47,743 bases of DNA from Methanobacterium sp. (GCA_028700095.1 JAQVTJ010000001.1:1-47743); one strand, 5' to 3'. Counted from the stretch's first letter, positions 23,356-34,377 are shown. Numbers and translations: made by a program. Notes: a model not told the origin generated them from the letters alone.

Positions 23356-24208
23356 ATGAAAAATTTTATTAAAGATTTTTCAAAAAAAAATTCAAAAACC
23401 AACTATAAAATTGGCTTTTTAGGCCCTGCAGGTACATTTACTGAAGAAGCTGCAGCTTTAGTTGGGGATAATCTCATTGGATTTAATAGCATTCTTAAAG
23501 TTCTTGATGCAGTGGAAAATAATAATGTTGATATTGGTGTGGTACCTATGAAAATTCCATTGAAGGACCTGTTGGTATTACTTTAGATTTATTAGTTCAT
23601 GATTATGATTTAATGATAAAATATGAGATTATTATTCCAATATGTCATAATCTTTTAATTAATCCCCAAGCCAATATAAATAATATTAAATTTGTGAATT
23701 CACATATACAAGCTCTTTCACAATGCAGAAATTTTATTGAAACATTGAATGTAATTGTTAATCCAACTTCCAGTACTTCTGCTGCTGCGGAAATGGTGAA
23801 AGGAAATATTAATTCAGCAGCTATTGGTAATAAGCGGGCAGCAGAATTATATGGGCTAAAAATTGTGGAAACAAATATTCAAGATTATAAAAATAATGTT
23901 ACAAGATTTGTTGTGATAAATAAAAAAGATCATAAACCAACAGGTAATGATAAAACTTCCATTGTTTTTTCAATAGTAGAAGATAAGCCAGGAGGACTCT
24001 ATGAAATCCTTGGTTTATTTGCATATAATGATATAAATCTAACAAAAATTGAATCAAGACCATCAAAAGAAAAACTTGGTAATTACCTTTTTTTGTTGAT
24101 TTAGAAGGTCATAGGACAGATGAGTTAATCAGGTATATTTTAAATATTATAAGATCCAAGGTAGGATATATAAAAGTGTTAGGTTCATATCCTAAAGGAG
24201 AGGATTGA
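23356..24208 (+). CDS. pheA: Prephenate dehydratase, apparent deletions at ~23549 and ~24091
   Basis: FLGPAGTFTE, (I)ENSIEG, NVTRF, DKPGGL, TKIESRP and FFVDLEGH...VLGSYP in successive frames. Confidence 0.9.
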
Positions 24209-24764
24209 GATAGTTTCAGATAAAGAAAAATTCTTAAAAAGTTTAAGAAAGCTAGAAAATCAATATACTGAAGGTAAAGTTTCTAAAAGACAGTATGAGC
24301 TTGAAAAAAGAATTTTAGATGATAAATTAAGCACAGTTTTGGCAGCTGACCGTATAAAAAGGCTTCAGGGTAAAGGTGCCCCTGAAAAGTCTCTTGATTT
24401 TTGGTCAGAGCAAAAGAAAGAAAAAGATGAAACTGAGGAGAAAGAAGCATTAATAAATAAATATGTTACCATTCCTAAGACAAGTCCTGTTAATCAAAAT
24501 AAAAGTTCTGGAATGTCCAAGGGAAAGCTATCTTTACTAGTATTTGTTTTAGCATTTTTTATTGGAACAGGTTATGGTGTATATGTAATGACTATGGCTG
24601 CAAATGAATCAACAGGGATTTATATGACAGTTAATGAAAGTGCATTTCCTGTTTTAAACAATACAAACACCACAAATACAACTATATCTAAAAACACAAC
24701 AAAAAAACCAGCTAAAAATAACACTACAAATTCAACAACTCCTCCTAAAAATTCAACAGATTAA
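24204..24764 (+). CDS. Hypothetical single-pass membrane protein with Asn/Thr-rich extracellular tail
   Basis: Frame is open upstream of TTG 24339 (VSDKEKFLKSL...); one TM helix; many N-x-T/S sequons; start uncertain. Confidence 0.65.
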   Translation: MEIVSDKEKFLKSLRKLENQYTEGKVSKRQYELEKRILDDKLSTVLAADRIKRLQGKGAPEKSLDFWSEQKKEKDETEEKEALINKYVTIPKTSPVNQNKSSGMSKGKLSLLVFVLAFFIGTGYGVYVMTMAANESTGIYMTVNESAFPVLNNTNTTNTTISKNTTKKPAKNNTTNSTTPPKNSTD

Positions 24765-24807
24765 AATGTAAAGTTTTATTCAAATCTTTCTATATGAAGG
24801 TGAAAAA

Positions 24808-25332
24808 TTGAGAAAACCAATAATTCTGGTAATTGTTCTTTTATGTTTGGTTGTTTTAGTATCAGGATGTATTTCTGATAATAAATCCGCTGAACCAGAG
24901 ACTTACAAAGAAAACAATATCACATTCAGTTATCCTGGAACATGGCAAATTGCCAATGCAACTTCACCCAATGCTATTGTAGCAATTGCAGATCCAAATA
25001 CAATCCAAAATGGAAATCCTACAACACTTGTTGTGGTTCAAAAACCTGATGTTCCAAAGGGAAACAGAATTGATGAGGTATATGCAACAAACTACAAATC
25101 ATTTTTTAATAATACAGGTTATACAGAGATATCAGAAGGAAATATAACCATAGATGATAATATTATCCTTGAAAACATATATAAATCTGATACTGACCAA
25201 AAGGAATATCGTGCATTATGGTATGCTAAAAATGATAATATATATGTTATACTCTGCACTGCTAAAATAACAGATTTCAAAGACCAAACAACTAATTTTG
25301 ACTTTATAATAAACAGTTTCAAGTTGGTTTAA
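24808..25332 (+). CDS. PsbP-related lipoprotein
   Basis: Signal peptide with VSGC lipobox; FSYPGTW and IINSFK motifs. Confidence 0.72.
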   Translation: MRKPIILVIVLLCLVVLVSGCISDNKSAEPETYKENNITFSYPGTWQIANATSPNAIVAIADPNTIQNGNPTTLVVVQKPDVPKGNRIDEVYATNYKSFFNNTGYTEISEGNITIDDNIILENIYKSDTDQKEYRALWYAKNDNIYVILCTAKITDFKDQTTNFDFIINSFKLV

Positions 25333-25787
25333 TTAAAATTTTCCATTATTTTTTTTTAATCCACATATTCCATTAATATAATTCTTTTTTTTAATAATCT
25401 TATGTTAATTATATAAATTTTCCATTTCAAATGCAAAATTATATATTAGTAAATTCAATACAGATATATCTGTTAAAATTACTATCTTAATAAATACTGA
25501 TAAAAAGCCTTAAAAAAGGCCGTAATATCTGATTTTATTTTATTGTCACATTTTAGAGGATGCTGTGTAAAATGAAGATTTTATCTAAAACTTTAATAAA
25601 TTTAAAATATTTATTGCATCCCCATGTAAAAAAAAAAATTTTCATAAAAAAAAGGTGTTAATAAATTTATATATTGATTATAATTTACAAATTTTTCATA
25701 GATAAAATCCGATTGATAAATCTAACTTAATATTATAATTAATTAACCATTATAATCATCAAATAACAATAAAAGGAGGAATGTAAA

Positions 25788-26285
25788 ATGGTATTGCCAG
25801 TATGTGATGTCTGTTTAAAAAGTGGAATTTTATGTCAAGGTTGTGAAAATAAACTTGAAAGTGGTGACATATCCCAACTTGACTTGGACATTGCTAAGGT
25901 GCTTTTTAAACTGGGTGAAGGTAAACTAGGTTTTAAAAAATCCATAGAAATGGGAGATATTGTTATAATAATCACAGAAAAGGAACAGATTGGAAAACTT
26001 ATAGGAAAGAGTGGGAAAATAGTAAGGGAACTCTCAAAAACTGTGGGTAAAAAGATCAGAGTTGTTGGTGAGGATTCAGATCTTCGTGCAGTTGCTAAGG
26101 ATATACTTGCACCTGCACGTGTTTCAGGTATAAATGTTGTATATGGAACAGATGGGGAAGAAAAGTTCAAGATAAGAGTAATGAAAGAAGATTCAAGAAA
26201 ACTTCCTGGAAGACTTGATACTCTCAATGAAATAATAAAAATGCTCACTGAACAAGAAACCATTGTTGTTGTTGATAGAAACTAA
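25788..26285 (+). CDS. NusA-like KH-domain protein with N-terminal zinc finger
   Basis: CDVCLKSGILCQGC; KH motif IGKLIGKSG; AGGAGG SD. Confidence 0.8.
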   Translation: MVLPVCDVCLKSGILCQGCENKLESGDISQLDLDIAKVLFKLGEGKLGFKKSIEMGDIVIIITEKEQIGKLIGKSGKIVRELSKTVGKKIRVVGEDSDLRAVAKDILAPARVSGINVVYGTDGEEKFKIRVMKEDSRKLPGRLDTLNEIIKMLTEQETIVVVDRN

Positions 26286-26304
26286 AACAAGGGGAAATTT
26301 TTAG

Positions 26305-27459
26305 ATGGAAATTGTGCTATGTATCACAGGAAGTATTGCAGCAGTGGAATCTGTAAAACTTGCAAGGGAACTTAAAAGGCAGGGAATGAATGTTACATGT
26401 TTCATGAGTAATGATGCATGTAAAATAATACATCCCAATTCTATGGAATTTGCAACAGGTAATAAGGTTGTTTTAGAATTAACAGGAGATATTGAGCATG
26501 TTAAACATGCCCAAGCTGATCTTATATTAGTTGCTCCTACTACAGCTAATTTAATAAGTAAATTTGCATATAAAATTGCAGATAATTCCATAAGCACACT
26601 TTTAATAACTGCATATGGATATTCAACACCAATTATATTTGTTCCATCAATGCATGAGTCTATGTATAAAGCAGTGTCAGAAAACATTGAAAGATGTAAA
26701 GCTGAAGGTGTTGTATTTATAGATCCTAAAAAAGAAGAGAGTAAAGCTAAATTTCCAAGTATCCATGATATCACACTTCAAGCATTAAGAGAATTATCTG
26801 ATGGAAAATTAAAGGATAAAAAAGTTGTAATAACTCTTGGTGGTACATATGAAGAAATAGATTCTGTTAGAGGTATTACAAATAGAAGTTCTGGAAAAAT
26901 GGGCATGGCACTAGCTAAAGAAGCTTTCATAAATGGTGCTGATGTAACTTTAATTAGTGGATCATTAAAAGTGCATGTTCCAAAAATATTGGATAATATT
27001 AAAATTAATTCTACAGATGAAATGAAAAATGAAATAATAAAAATTATCCCAGAAACTGATATATTAATATCTGCTGCTGCAGTATCTGATTTTACAGTAG
27101 AAAAAAATTCTAATAAACATAAAATTTCTTCCACTGAAGATTTAATATTACATCTTAAAAAAACTCCGAAAATTATAGATAGGATTAAAGAAATCAATCC
27201 AAATATTTTATTAGTTGGTTTTAAGGCAGAATATAATGTATCACAACAGGAATTAATATCTTTAACCTGTAAAAAAATGGAATCTTCAAAAGCAGATTTA
27301 ATGATTGGGAATGATGTTTCAATTGAAGGTGCTGGATTTGGTTCAGATAAAAATCAGGTGATTATTGTTGATAAAAATATAGTTACCATACCATTAACAT
27401 CTAAAACAGAAGTTGCAAAGAAAATTATCCAAAAAATTATTAAGAAGTTGGATAGTTAA
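26305..27459 (+). CDS. coaBC: Phosphopantothenoylcysteine decarboxylase / phosphopantothenate-cysteine ligase
   Basis: ITGSIAA, APTTAN, PSMH, ITNRSSGKMG, AAVSDF and VGFKAE. Confidence 0.95.
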   Translation: MEIVLCITGSIAAVESVKLARELKRQGMNVTCFMSNDACKIIHPNSMEFATGNKVVLELTGDIEHVKHAQADLILVAPTTANLISKFAYKIADNSISTLLITAYGYSTPIIFVPSMHESMYKAVSENIERCKAEGVVFIDPKKEESKAKFPSIHDITLQALRELSDGKLKDKKVVITLGGTYEEIDSVRGITNRSSGKMGMALAKEAFINGADVTLISGSLKVHVPKILDNIKINSTDEMKNEIIKIIPETDILISAAAVSDFTVEKNSNKHKISSTEDLILHLKKTPKIIDRIKEINPNILLVGFKAEYNVSQQELISLTCKKMESSKADLMIGNDVSIEGAGFGSDKNQVIIVDKNIVTIPLTSKTEVAKKIIQKIIKKLDS

Positions 27460-27567
27460 ATTGGGTAAGAAATTCTAAATAGATACTACTTATATCATTA
27501 CTACTATTTTTTTTTTTAAGTTAAAAGATAATTTAAAAAAAAATTAGTTGTTAATTTAGGTTTATTT

Positions 27568-28233
27568 TTAAAATGCAAATTTACATATTATTGCAAGATG
27601 ATCCTTTTCATATGGCTCTAAATTGATTTTTTCAAGAACTTTAAAACCTCTTGTTTTAAGCTTTTTTTCTTCTTGTGAAAATATTTTTTTAGGACTTTGA
27701 GTTACATCTATACTTCTGCTTTTGATCATTATAATTCCAATACCCTCCGGTTTCAGGTAAAGACGCATATTTTCCATGAAAAGTTCGGATTGTTTTGATT
27801 GTGCCACATCAGAGTATATACTATCCACTTTTTCTAGTAAATGTAAATAATTTCTTGGTTTAGTTGCATCTTCCAATAAAGGAATTATATTTTTTCTTTC
27901 TCTTGAAAGTTCTACTAGACTTCTCATCATTTTAGGGGAGAATTCCACACACCAAATTATTCCATTATATGCTATGTCTGAAATATGTGAAGGTGTAGTA
28001 CCAGATGATGCGCCTAGATAAAGTATTTTAGAATCAGTTTTAAATGGAAAGATTTTCATTCCATTCATTATTGCAGCTCCTAATTTGGAACGTCTAGATT
28101 CCCATATTCTAAATTCTTTACCCTCAAATTCAACTAGTCTTTCACCATATACCTTACAACCAATATTTAGATTTTCGGTTGCAATATGATCTTCAATTTT
28201 ATAAATACCTGTGAATTTCTCTAGTTTTTCCAT
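27568..28233 (-). CDS. flpA: Fibrillarin-like rRNA/tRNA 2'-O-methyltransferase
   Basis: VYGE, RSKLGA, LYLGASSGTT-x-SH, DVAQ and LEPYEKDH. Confidence 0.95.
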   Translation of the reverse strand: MEKLEKFTGIYKIEDHIATENLNIGCKVYGERLVEFEGKEFRIWESRRSKLGAAIMNGMKIFPFKTDSKILYLGASSGTTPSHISDIAYNGIIWCVEFSPKMMRSLVELSRERKNIIPLLEDATKPRNYLHLLEKVDSIYSDVAQSKQSELFMENMRLYLKPEGIGIIMIKSRSIDVTQSPKKIFSQEEKKLKTRGFKVLEKINLEPYEKDHLAIICKFAF

Positions 28234-28646
28234 GGTTTTTCTCCCTAAAGAAAGCTAAGAATTGTAAAATAATTAAATATAATTATATTCTTTTGTTTTT
28301 ACCAATTATAAGTTGAAAAATATTTTTTTTTTGTAAAGAAAATTTCTTTTTTTATTTATATAAAATTCTAAATCTTTATTTTACTATTTTTTTTATATAA
28401 TTTATATCCAACTAAATTTTAGCCTAAAGATAATTGCACAAACACATAATATTAATGTAAAGCTAAGTGTGGATCATCCTAATTATTGAACCTATCTTTA
28501 CAAAAAATTGGGCTGCACATGAAATTAGTGATTGTATATACTAATGGTATGTTGCTTTATATTATTATACTGGTTTTCTCTTTTTGTAGTGGATATATTA
28601 ATAAATATAGTAAATTTTCTATATTTTAGGATTGTTTAATAATATT

Positions 28647-29864
28647 TTAATAGTAATCCTTAATATTTTTCTTGTATTTGTCTCTTTTTTTCTTTTTCTT
28701 CTTTGTATCTTTATCATTAATTTTTTTTGGTTTCATACTTTTTTTAGGGAATGGATTGGATTTTTTAATTTCTTCCACACGTATTTTGAAACCTTCATTT
28801 ATATTTGGATCATATTCCCCAGAATAAACATCTTTACGTACAGCTAATGAAATTTTTAATGCTAATGTTCGTGCAATTTTACCCCTAACCCACCATTTAG
28901 CACCTCTGACTTCTGGATGTTGGAATATAAGTCCATGCTTAGGTGGGTTTTCACCAGTTTTTAAATGTCTGAAAAGTGCTTTTTCTGCTCCAAGAACCTG
29001 TACAGTGCCTGATGGCATTTTTGATAATTTTTCCATACTCCCTACATGGGCTATGAGTTTTGCTCCTAGAGAAGCACCTGTAAGATCCTTTAGGTTAGGT
29101 GCTATTTCACCCATTCTTTTATCTATATATTGTGTGATGGACTGTTTTGTTTTTTGTAAAGATTTTATTGAAGATGCAAATTCCTTTAAAATTAAAAGAT
29201 CAATTTCAGATATAGGTGCTCCAATAGTTTTATCAATTCTAACAGAATCTTTCTCAGGATCCAGAACACCAGAATCAAGAATTGAATCTCTATCCCCAAG
29301 ATCTGCAACTATTTCAACAAATCTTTCATGATTTTTTATTTTATCCAACTCTGGAAAGTGTATTGAATACCATTCTCGTAATCTTTCAACCATTTTACCA
29401 GTTGTTTCATCAAGTTCTTCTATGGAATTTATGGCCTGGATAAGGAACATATCCTCAGATTCAGAAGCTTTTTGTAAATTATCATTTGTTATTTCTATGG
29501 ATAATTCATGTAATATATTAGTTAAATCATCATCAGGCTCTAAGAAATTGGTTTTTTTTAATAAATCTTCCATATTTAGCCTTAAAAATTCACCGGCAAT
29601 ATTAGGTGTTTTATATTTAAATTTATTGCTATCTTTAAGATTTTTATATCTTGAAGTTGGTGTGGTGGTTTCAATTATTATTGTATCATATTTTTTAACA
29701 AGTCTTTTGAGTATTAATTCTTCTTCTTTAGTTATAATTCCTGCAGTGATCTTTTCACATCTTTCCTTTAATTTGTGCCGTGGGAAAAGTTCATAATCTA
29801 AGAGTGTACAATTTTTATCAAGGGATATGTATCCTGCAAATGAACATGTGAGATAACATTTCAT
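28647..29864 (-). CDS. nop5: Box C/D RNP subunit Nop5 (Nop56/58)
   Basis: ERLREWYSIHFPEL, APNL, QVLGAEKALF and PKHGLIF; Lys-rich tail. Confidence 0.95.
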   Translation of the reverse strand: MKCYLTCSFAGYISLDKNCTLLDYELFPRHKLKERCEKITAGIITKEEELILKRLVKKYDTIIIETTTPTSRYKNLKDSNKFKYKTPNIAGEFLRLNMEDLLKKTNFLEPDDDLTNILHELSIEITNDNLQKASESEDMFLIQAINSIEELDETTGKMVERLREWYSIHFPELDKIKNHERFVEIVADLGDRDSILDSGVLDPEKDSVRIDKTIGAPISEIDLLILKEFASSIKSLQKTKQSITQYIDKRMGEIAPNLKDLTGASLGAKLIAHVGSMEKLSKMPSGTVQVLGAEKALFRHLKTGENPPKHGLIFQHPEVRGAKWWVRGKIARTLALKISLAVRKDVYSGEYDPNINEGFKIRVEEIKKSNPFPKKSMKPKKINDKDTKKKKKKRDKYKKNIKDYY

Positions 29865-29906
29865 AGATTTAATTGTATATTATTAAAGATTTAAACTTTT
29901 CATGGG

Positions 29907-30812
29907 GTGACTATACTGGAAATCGAACTATGCGGTATTAAAATGAGAAATCCTACAATGTTAGCTGCAGGAATATTAGGTAGCACAGCATCATCACTTA
30001 ATTGGGCAGGTAGAAGTGGGGCAGGGGCAGTTGTAACTAAATCCTTTGGTATAGAACCTAACAAAGGATATTCAAATCCTACAACAGTTGAGGTTATGGG
30101 AGGGATTATCAATGCTGTTGGTCTATCCAATCCGGGTGTTAATAACTTTAAATTAGAACTTGAAAAGCTAGATAAATCTGTTCCAGCCATAGCATCTGTT
30201 TATGGTGCTAATCAATATGAATTTTCTGATATTGTGTCAAAGATTGAAAATTTAGTTGATGCAATTGAATTAAATGTTTCATGTCCACATGCAATGGGTG
30301 GGTGTGGATCAGCAATTGGACAAGATCCTAATTTAACTGCAGATATTGTAAGAACTGTAAAGAAAAATGTTAAAATTCCGGTTATTGTTAAATTAACCCC
30401 TAATGTAACGGATATAGTTGAGATTGCACAATATGCTGAGGATGCAGGGGCTGATGCTTTGACATTGATAAATTCAATGGGGCCTGGAATGAAAATTGAC
30501 ATAGAAACAGGAATACCAATATTAAAGAATCGTGTCGGTGGTTTATCTGGACCTGCTATAAAACCTATTGCAATTAGATGTGTTTTTGATGTTTTTGAAT
30601 CTGTTGATATTCCTATTATTGGTGTGGGTGGAATAAGAGATTATAAAGATGTGCTTGAATTTTTATATGCAGGTGCACAATGTGTTCAGATTGGTACTTC
30701 TATAATGTATGAAGGAATGGATATTTTTACAAATATAAACAATGGACTTAGAAGATTCATGGATAAGAAAGGATATGGATCTGTGGATGAAATAGTTGGA
30801 ATTGCCCATTAA
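29907..30812 (+). CDS. pyrD: Dihydroorotate dehydrogenase 1B catalytic subunit
   Basis: NAVGLSNPG, ELNVSCPH, KLTPN and GGLSGPAIKP. Confidence 0.95.
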   Translation: MTILEIELCGIKMRNPTMLAAGILGSTASSLNWAGRSGAGAVVTKSFGIEPNKGYSNPTTVEVMGGIINAVGLSNPGVNNFKLELEKLDKSVPAIASVYGANQYEFSDIVSKIENLVDAIELNVSCPHAMGGCGSAIGQDPNLTADIVRTVKKNVKIPVIVKLTPNVTDIVEIAQYAEDAGADALTLINSMGPGMKIDIETGIPILKNRVGGLSGPAIKPIAIRCVFDVFESVDIPIIGVGGIRDYKDVLEFLYAGAQCVQIGTSIMYEGMDIFTNINNGLRRFMDKKGYGSVDEIVGIAH

Positions 30813-30847
30813 ATACAAATTATTTAGAATATTAACAGGTGGATAAT

Positions 30848-31645
30848 ATGAATATTCCAAGGATAGTTAAAATAAAACAGATAATAAATGAATCTCCCAC
30901 AGTTAAAACTTTTATCTTTGATTGGGATGTGAAAGATGAAATTCCTGGCCAATTTATGATGGTATGGAATTTTAATAATGAAAAACCCATGTCAATATCT
31001 TATATAGATCCTGTAAAGAATGAGATAGGAATATCCATTAGAAATATTGGAAAATTTACTAAACAAATCCATAATCTCTGTGAAGGTGATAAACTTGGAT
31101 TAAGAGGTCCTTATGGTAGAGGTTTTCATATTGCAGGTTCAAAAATCCTTGTAGTGGGTGGAGGTATAGGTATGGCACCTATAATTGCATTTTCTGATAA
31201 AGCCTCTGGAATGGGAATTGAAGTACATATTATCAGTGCTGCTACTACTCATAATGAACTGCTTTTTAATGATAGAATTGAAAAATCCGATGCTAAACTA
31301 TTAACATGTACAGATGATGGTACATCCGGGTTCTGTGGGTTTGGAACAGATCTTGCAGAAAAAACACTATCAGAAATTGATTATGATATGGTTATATGTT
31401 GTGGTCCTGAAGTTATGATGAAAAAACTCTTTGATATTGTTGAAAAGTTTAAAATCCCTGCACAATTTTCAATGGAAAGATATATGAAATGTGGAATGGG
31501 TTTATGTGGCCAGTGTTGTGTTGATAATGTTGGTTGGAGAATATGTGTTGAAGGACCTGTATTTTGGACAGATGAACTTAGGATGATAAATGAATTTGGC
31601 CAATACAGAAGGGACTCATCAGGTGTTAAACATAATATTCCATAA
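30848..31645 (+). CDS. pyrK: Dihydroorotate dehydrogenase electron transfer subunit
   Basis: PGQF, RGPYG, GGGIG and ERYMKCGMGLCGQC...CVEGPVF. Confidence 0.93.
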   Translation: MNIPRIVKIKQIINESPTVKTFIFDWDVKDEIPGQFMMVWNFNNEKPMSISYIDPVKNEIGISIRNIGKFTKQIHNLCEGDKLGLRGPYGRGFHIAGSKILVVGGGIGMAPIIAFSDKASGMGIEVHIISAATTHNELLFNDRIEKSDAKLLTCTDDGTSGFCGFGTDLAEKTLSEIDYDMVICCGPEVMMKKLFDIVEKFKIPAQFSMERYMKCGMGLCGQCCVDNVGWRICVEGPVFWTDELRMINEFGQYRRDSSGVKHNIP

Positions 31646-31748
31646 AATGGAGTAAAGTTCACATAATTTATAGTTTTTATCTAATTAATATCGATTAAAT
31701 TTTATAATATTATAATATATACATATATTTTATTAAAAGAGTGGAAAA

Positions 31749-32849
31749 ATGATTGATAATATTAAAAATAATTTAACATCTGCAATTTTTGTAATTATAA
31801 TCCTTGTTATTTTATCGGTTTTGGTTTTAACACCTATGCTTAGTATGATTATACTTGGAGCTATATTTGCCTATGCTATACGTCCATTATCAAATAAAAT
31901 GGAACCATATATAAAATATAGGTCTATAGCAATATTTATAGGTATGATAATTGTGATAATTCCTCTAATTGCAGTTATGACACTTTTTATTAATACTATT
32001 GTTGCAATAACACCTTCATTTGTTGCATTTGTTAAAACCCTTAATTTAGGTAGTATGAATATTACTACGTTACAAAATTATATTCCCATACAACAATTTA
32101 TTCCACAAGAAAGCACATCTCCAGTATTAACATCTGTATTTAATTCTATTTATCTAGGTGTTGAAGATATTCTAAGAAGTTTAACAGAATATTTATTAGG
32201 GCTTGTGAAATCTATTCCAACTGTTTTACTTCAACTTTTCATATTCTTTGCGTCTACATTTTATTTTGCAAGGGATGGTGATAGAATATGGGATTATTTA
32301 GATTATTTAGTGCCGGATGATAGGAAACATTATTTTAAAACATTAGTAAAGGAAACTGATAAGGTTTTGAAAAGTATATTTTTCGGACATTTTGTTACAG
32401 CTACAATAACAGGTATTGTGGCTGGTATTGGATTTGCATTATTAGGATATCCCTATGCATTATTTCTTGGAACATTAACTGGTTTTTTCCAGCTAATGCC
32501 AATTGTTGGACATTGGCCTACACTTATGGGTCTTGCACTTTATGATATGATAATTGGAAATTATATAAGGGCAGTGGAAGTTATATTATTGGGAGGTTTC
32601 CTTAGTTTGATGGATATGTATATCAGACCCAATCTTGCAGGTAAATATGCAGATATTCATCCTTTAATATTTCTTCTAGGATTTTTATGCGGTCCTCTTG
32701 TATTGGGATTGGTTGGATTTATTATTGGTCCTCTTATATTAGGTGTAACATATGCTGCTGTAGTTGCCTATAAAAAGGAAAATCAGAACAAACCTATAGA
32801 AATTGTAGAAATTAATATGGTTAATAAGGGTAATACAAAGAAAAAATGA
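31749..32849 (+). CDS. AI-2E family transporter
   Basis: Multi-TM protein; FYFARDG, MPIVG, IRP, IHP and GFIIGP motifs. Confidence 0.88.
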   Translation: MIDNIKNNLTSAIFVIIILVILSVLVLTPMLSMIILGAIFAYAIRPLSNKMEPYIKYRSIAIFIGMIIVIIPLIAVMTLFINTIVAITPSFVAFVKTLNLGSMNITTLQNYIPIQQFIPQESTSPVLTSVFNSIYLGVEDILRSLTEYLLGLVKSIPTVLLQLFIFFASTFYFARDGDRIWDYLDYLVPDDRKHYFKTLVKETDKVLKSIFFGHFVTATITGIVAGIGFALLGYPYALFLGTLTGFFQLMPIVGHWPTLMGLALYDMIIGNYIRAVEVILLGGFLSLMDMYIRPNLAGKYADIHPLIFLLGFLCGPLVLGLVGFIIGPLILGVTYAAVVAYKKENQNKPIEIVEINMVNKGNTKKK

Positions 32850-32884
32850 GTTTAAATGTCTTAAAAAAAGGAAAATACCCTGGT

Positions 32885-33358
32885 TTAAAGAAGTTTTATT
32901 TCCAGGGAATTAGAAGTTATTCTATGTTTATTTCCGTTTAGATCAGTAAAACTAACTCCAAAACCACCTATGAAAAATGTGTCGCTCATTGAATTGGATC
33001 CGAAATCTTCTTTTACCTCTTCATCAGTTGGTATTCTATATTTTTCCTGGAACTCTTTGGTTTCATTAGGTTTTAATGTTCCAATTTTTTTTTCAAAACC
33101 CTGACTTCTGACTATTACATCAAAAACATCACTATTACCTTTATTAGATACAATGTAATTTATTGTTACATTTTCTCCTTTTTTGGCTGTAGCAGGTCCT
33201 GTTTGGTTTGCAACTACTATAATATTAATTGTTTCACTGGATGTATTGGTTATGTTTGTGTTGTTATCTGGTTTTGAATTATTCATATAATTAAAGGCAA
33301 CAACTCCTGCCACAATCAAAAAAATTACAATTATTAATGCAAAAATTCGTTTATCCAT
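32885..33358 (-). CDS. Membrane-anchored/secreted Ig-like (DUF11/CARDB-like) protein
   Basis: N-terminal hydrophobic helix, N-glycosylation sequons, GENVTINYIVSNKG...IGTLKPNET. Confidence 0.6.
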   Translation of the reverse strand: MDKRIFALIIVIFLIVAGVVAFNYMNNSKPDNNTNITNTSSETINIIVVANQTGPATAKKGENVTINYIVSNKGNSDVFDVIVRSQGFEKKIGTLKPNETKEFQEKYRIPTDEEVKEDFGSNSMSDTFFIGGFGVSFTDLNGNKHRITSNSLEIKLL

Positions 33359-33496
33359 AAAAGCACCCTCCTAATGATTTAATAATATTTTTGTATATTA
33401 TTATATTAAATAATTTCCATAACAACTTTTAGTATTATTAGAGGATTTTTTGAGATCTTTTTTTAGTATATTATAATTTTTAATATAATTATATAT

Positions 33497-33907
33497 TTAA
33501 GAAAATTTCACTTGTTTGCCCATTCCAATTAGTTCATCAAATTCCAGACCTTTTTCAAATGCAAGGTCTATATTAACACGATAATTACTATTTTTGGTTA
33601 TATGCAGATCTTCTAAACATATAAATCTCCATTTTTTCCTTAGAAATTTAACACCAATATATGGTTTAGCACCAAACATATCAGAAAATTCTTTTAATCC
33701 ATTTATTTTTTCTGACTTTATATATATTTTTTCAGAAGATGTTGATTTAACTTCTATAGCCAGATATAAAGATCCATTACCTGCTATAACATCTGGAAGT
33801 GGTTTTTTTGTTGCGCCTCCTGAAGCAGGTGCTCTCATAGCAGCACAATTAGCATTCCAAAGCATTTTTACAAGTTCTCTTTCTTCTCTTGATCCTGTTT
33901 TACTCAT
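33497..33907 (-). CDS. hjc: Archaeal Holliday junction resolvase
   Basis: GSREEREL, RAPASG, PDVIAG and IEVKS. Confidence 0.93.
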   Translation of the reverse strand: MSKTGSREERELVKMLWNANCAAMRAPASGGATKKPLPDVIAGNGSLYLAIEVKSTSSEKIYIKSEKINGLKEFSDMFGAKPYIGVKFLRKKWRFICLEDLHITKNSNYRVNIDLAFEKGLEFDELIGMGKQVKFS

Positions 33908-34267
33908 TATATCATGATTCCAGATGGTAAAAAATTAATTATATAGATAAAAAAAAATTAATAAATGAAATTTAAATCAATTTAATAACACCTTTTATTG
34001 ATCTATTATATAGATTTTTTTTTTATATTATCAATATATTTTTCTAGTTATTACATTATTTTTTTTTATAGTTTTTAATATTATATTTAGATGGATATTT
34101 GCTTATGGTGGGATATATTATTTATTTCCATCAAAACATTTTTTTTTTATATAAATATTTTCTAAAACTTATTTTTAGGTGAAAAATATATTTAAAATAG
34201 TTTAAACTAGGATATATAGAATTTTAAATGGGAATATAAAAATAAATGGTTGTTTTTAAAATTTAGA

Positions 34268-34340
<73 letters not shown>

Positions 34341-34377
34341 ATATTAAATATCCTATCTATATAACTGTAACAGCTGA

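Noticed and set aside
28234-28646. Box C/D sRNA in the long nop5-fibrillarin spacer
   Set aside because: Only a box-C-like AGGATGA (minus strand, 28474-28480) with no CTGA box D; the short ORFs there are unconvincing
29901-29918. Non-canonical ATA/CTG start for pyrD
   Set aside because: An in-frame GTG at 29907 exists and could serve a leaderless transcript in the 42-bp divergent spacer
34090-34132. Imperfect inverted repeat GATGGATAT/ATTTCCATC
   Set aside because: Single weak stem with a large loop in AT-rich DNA; no further support
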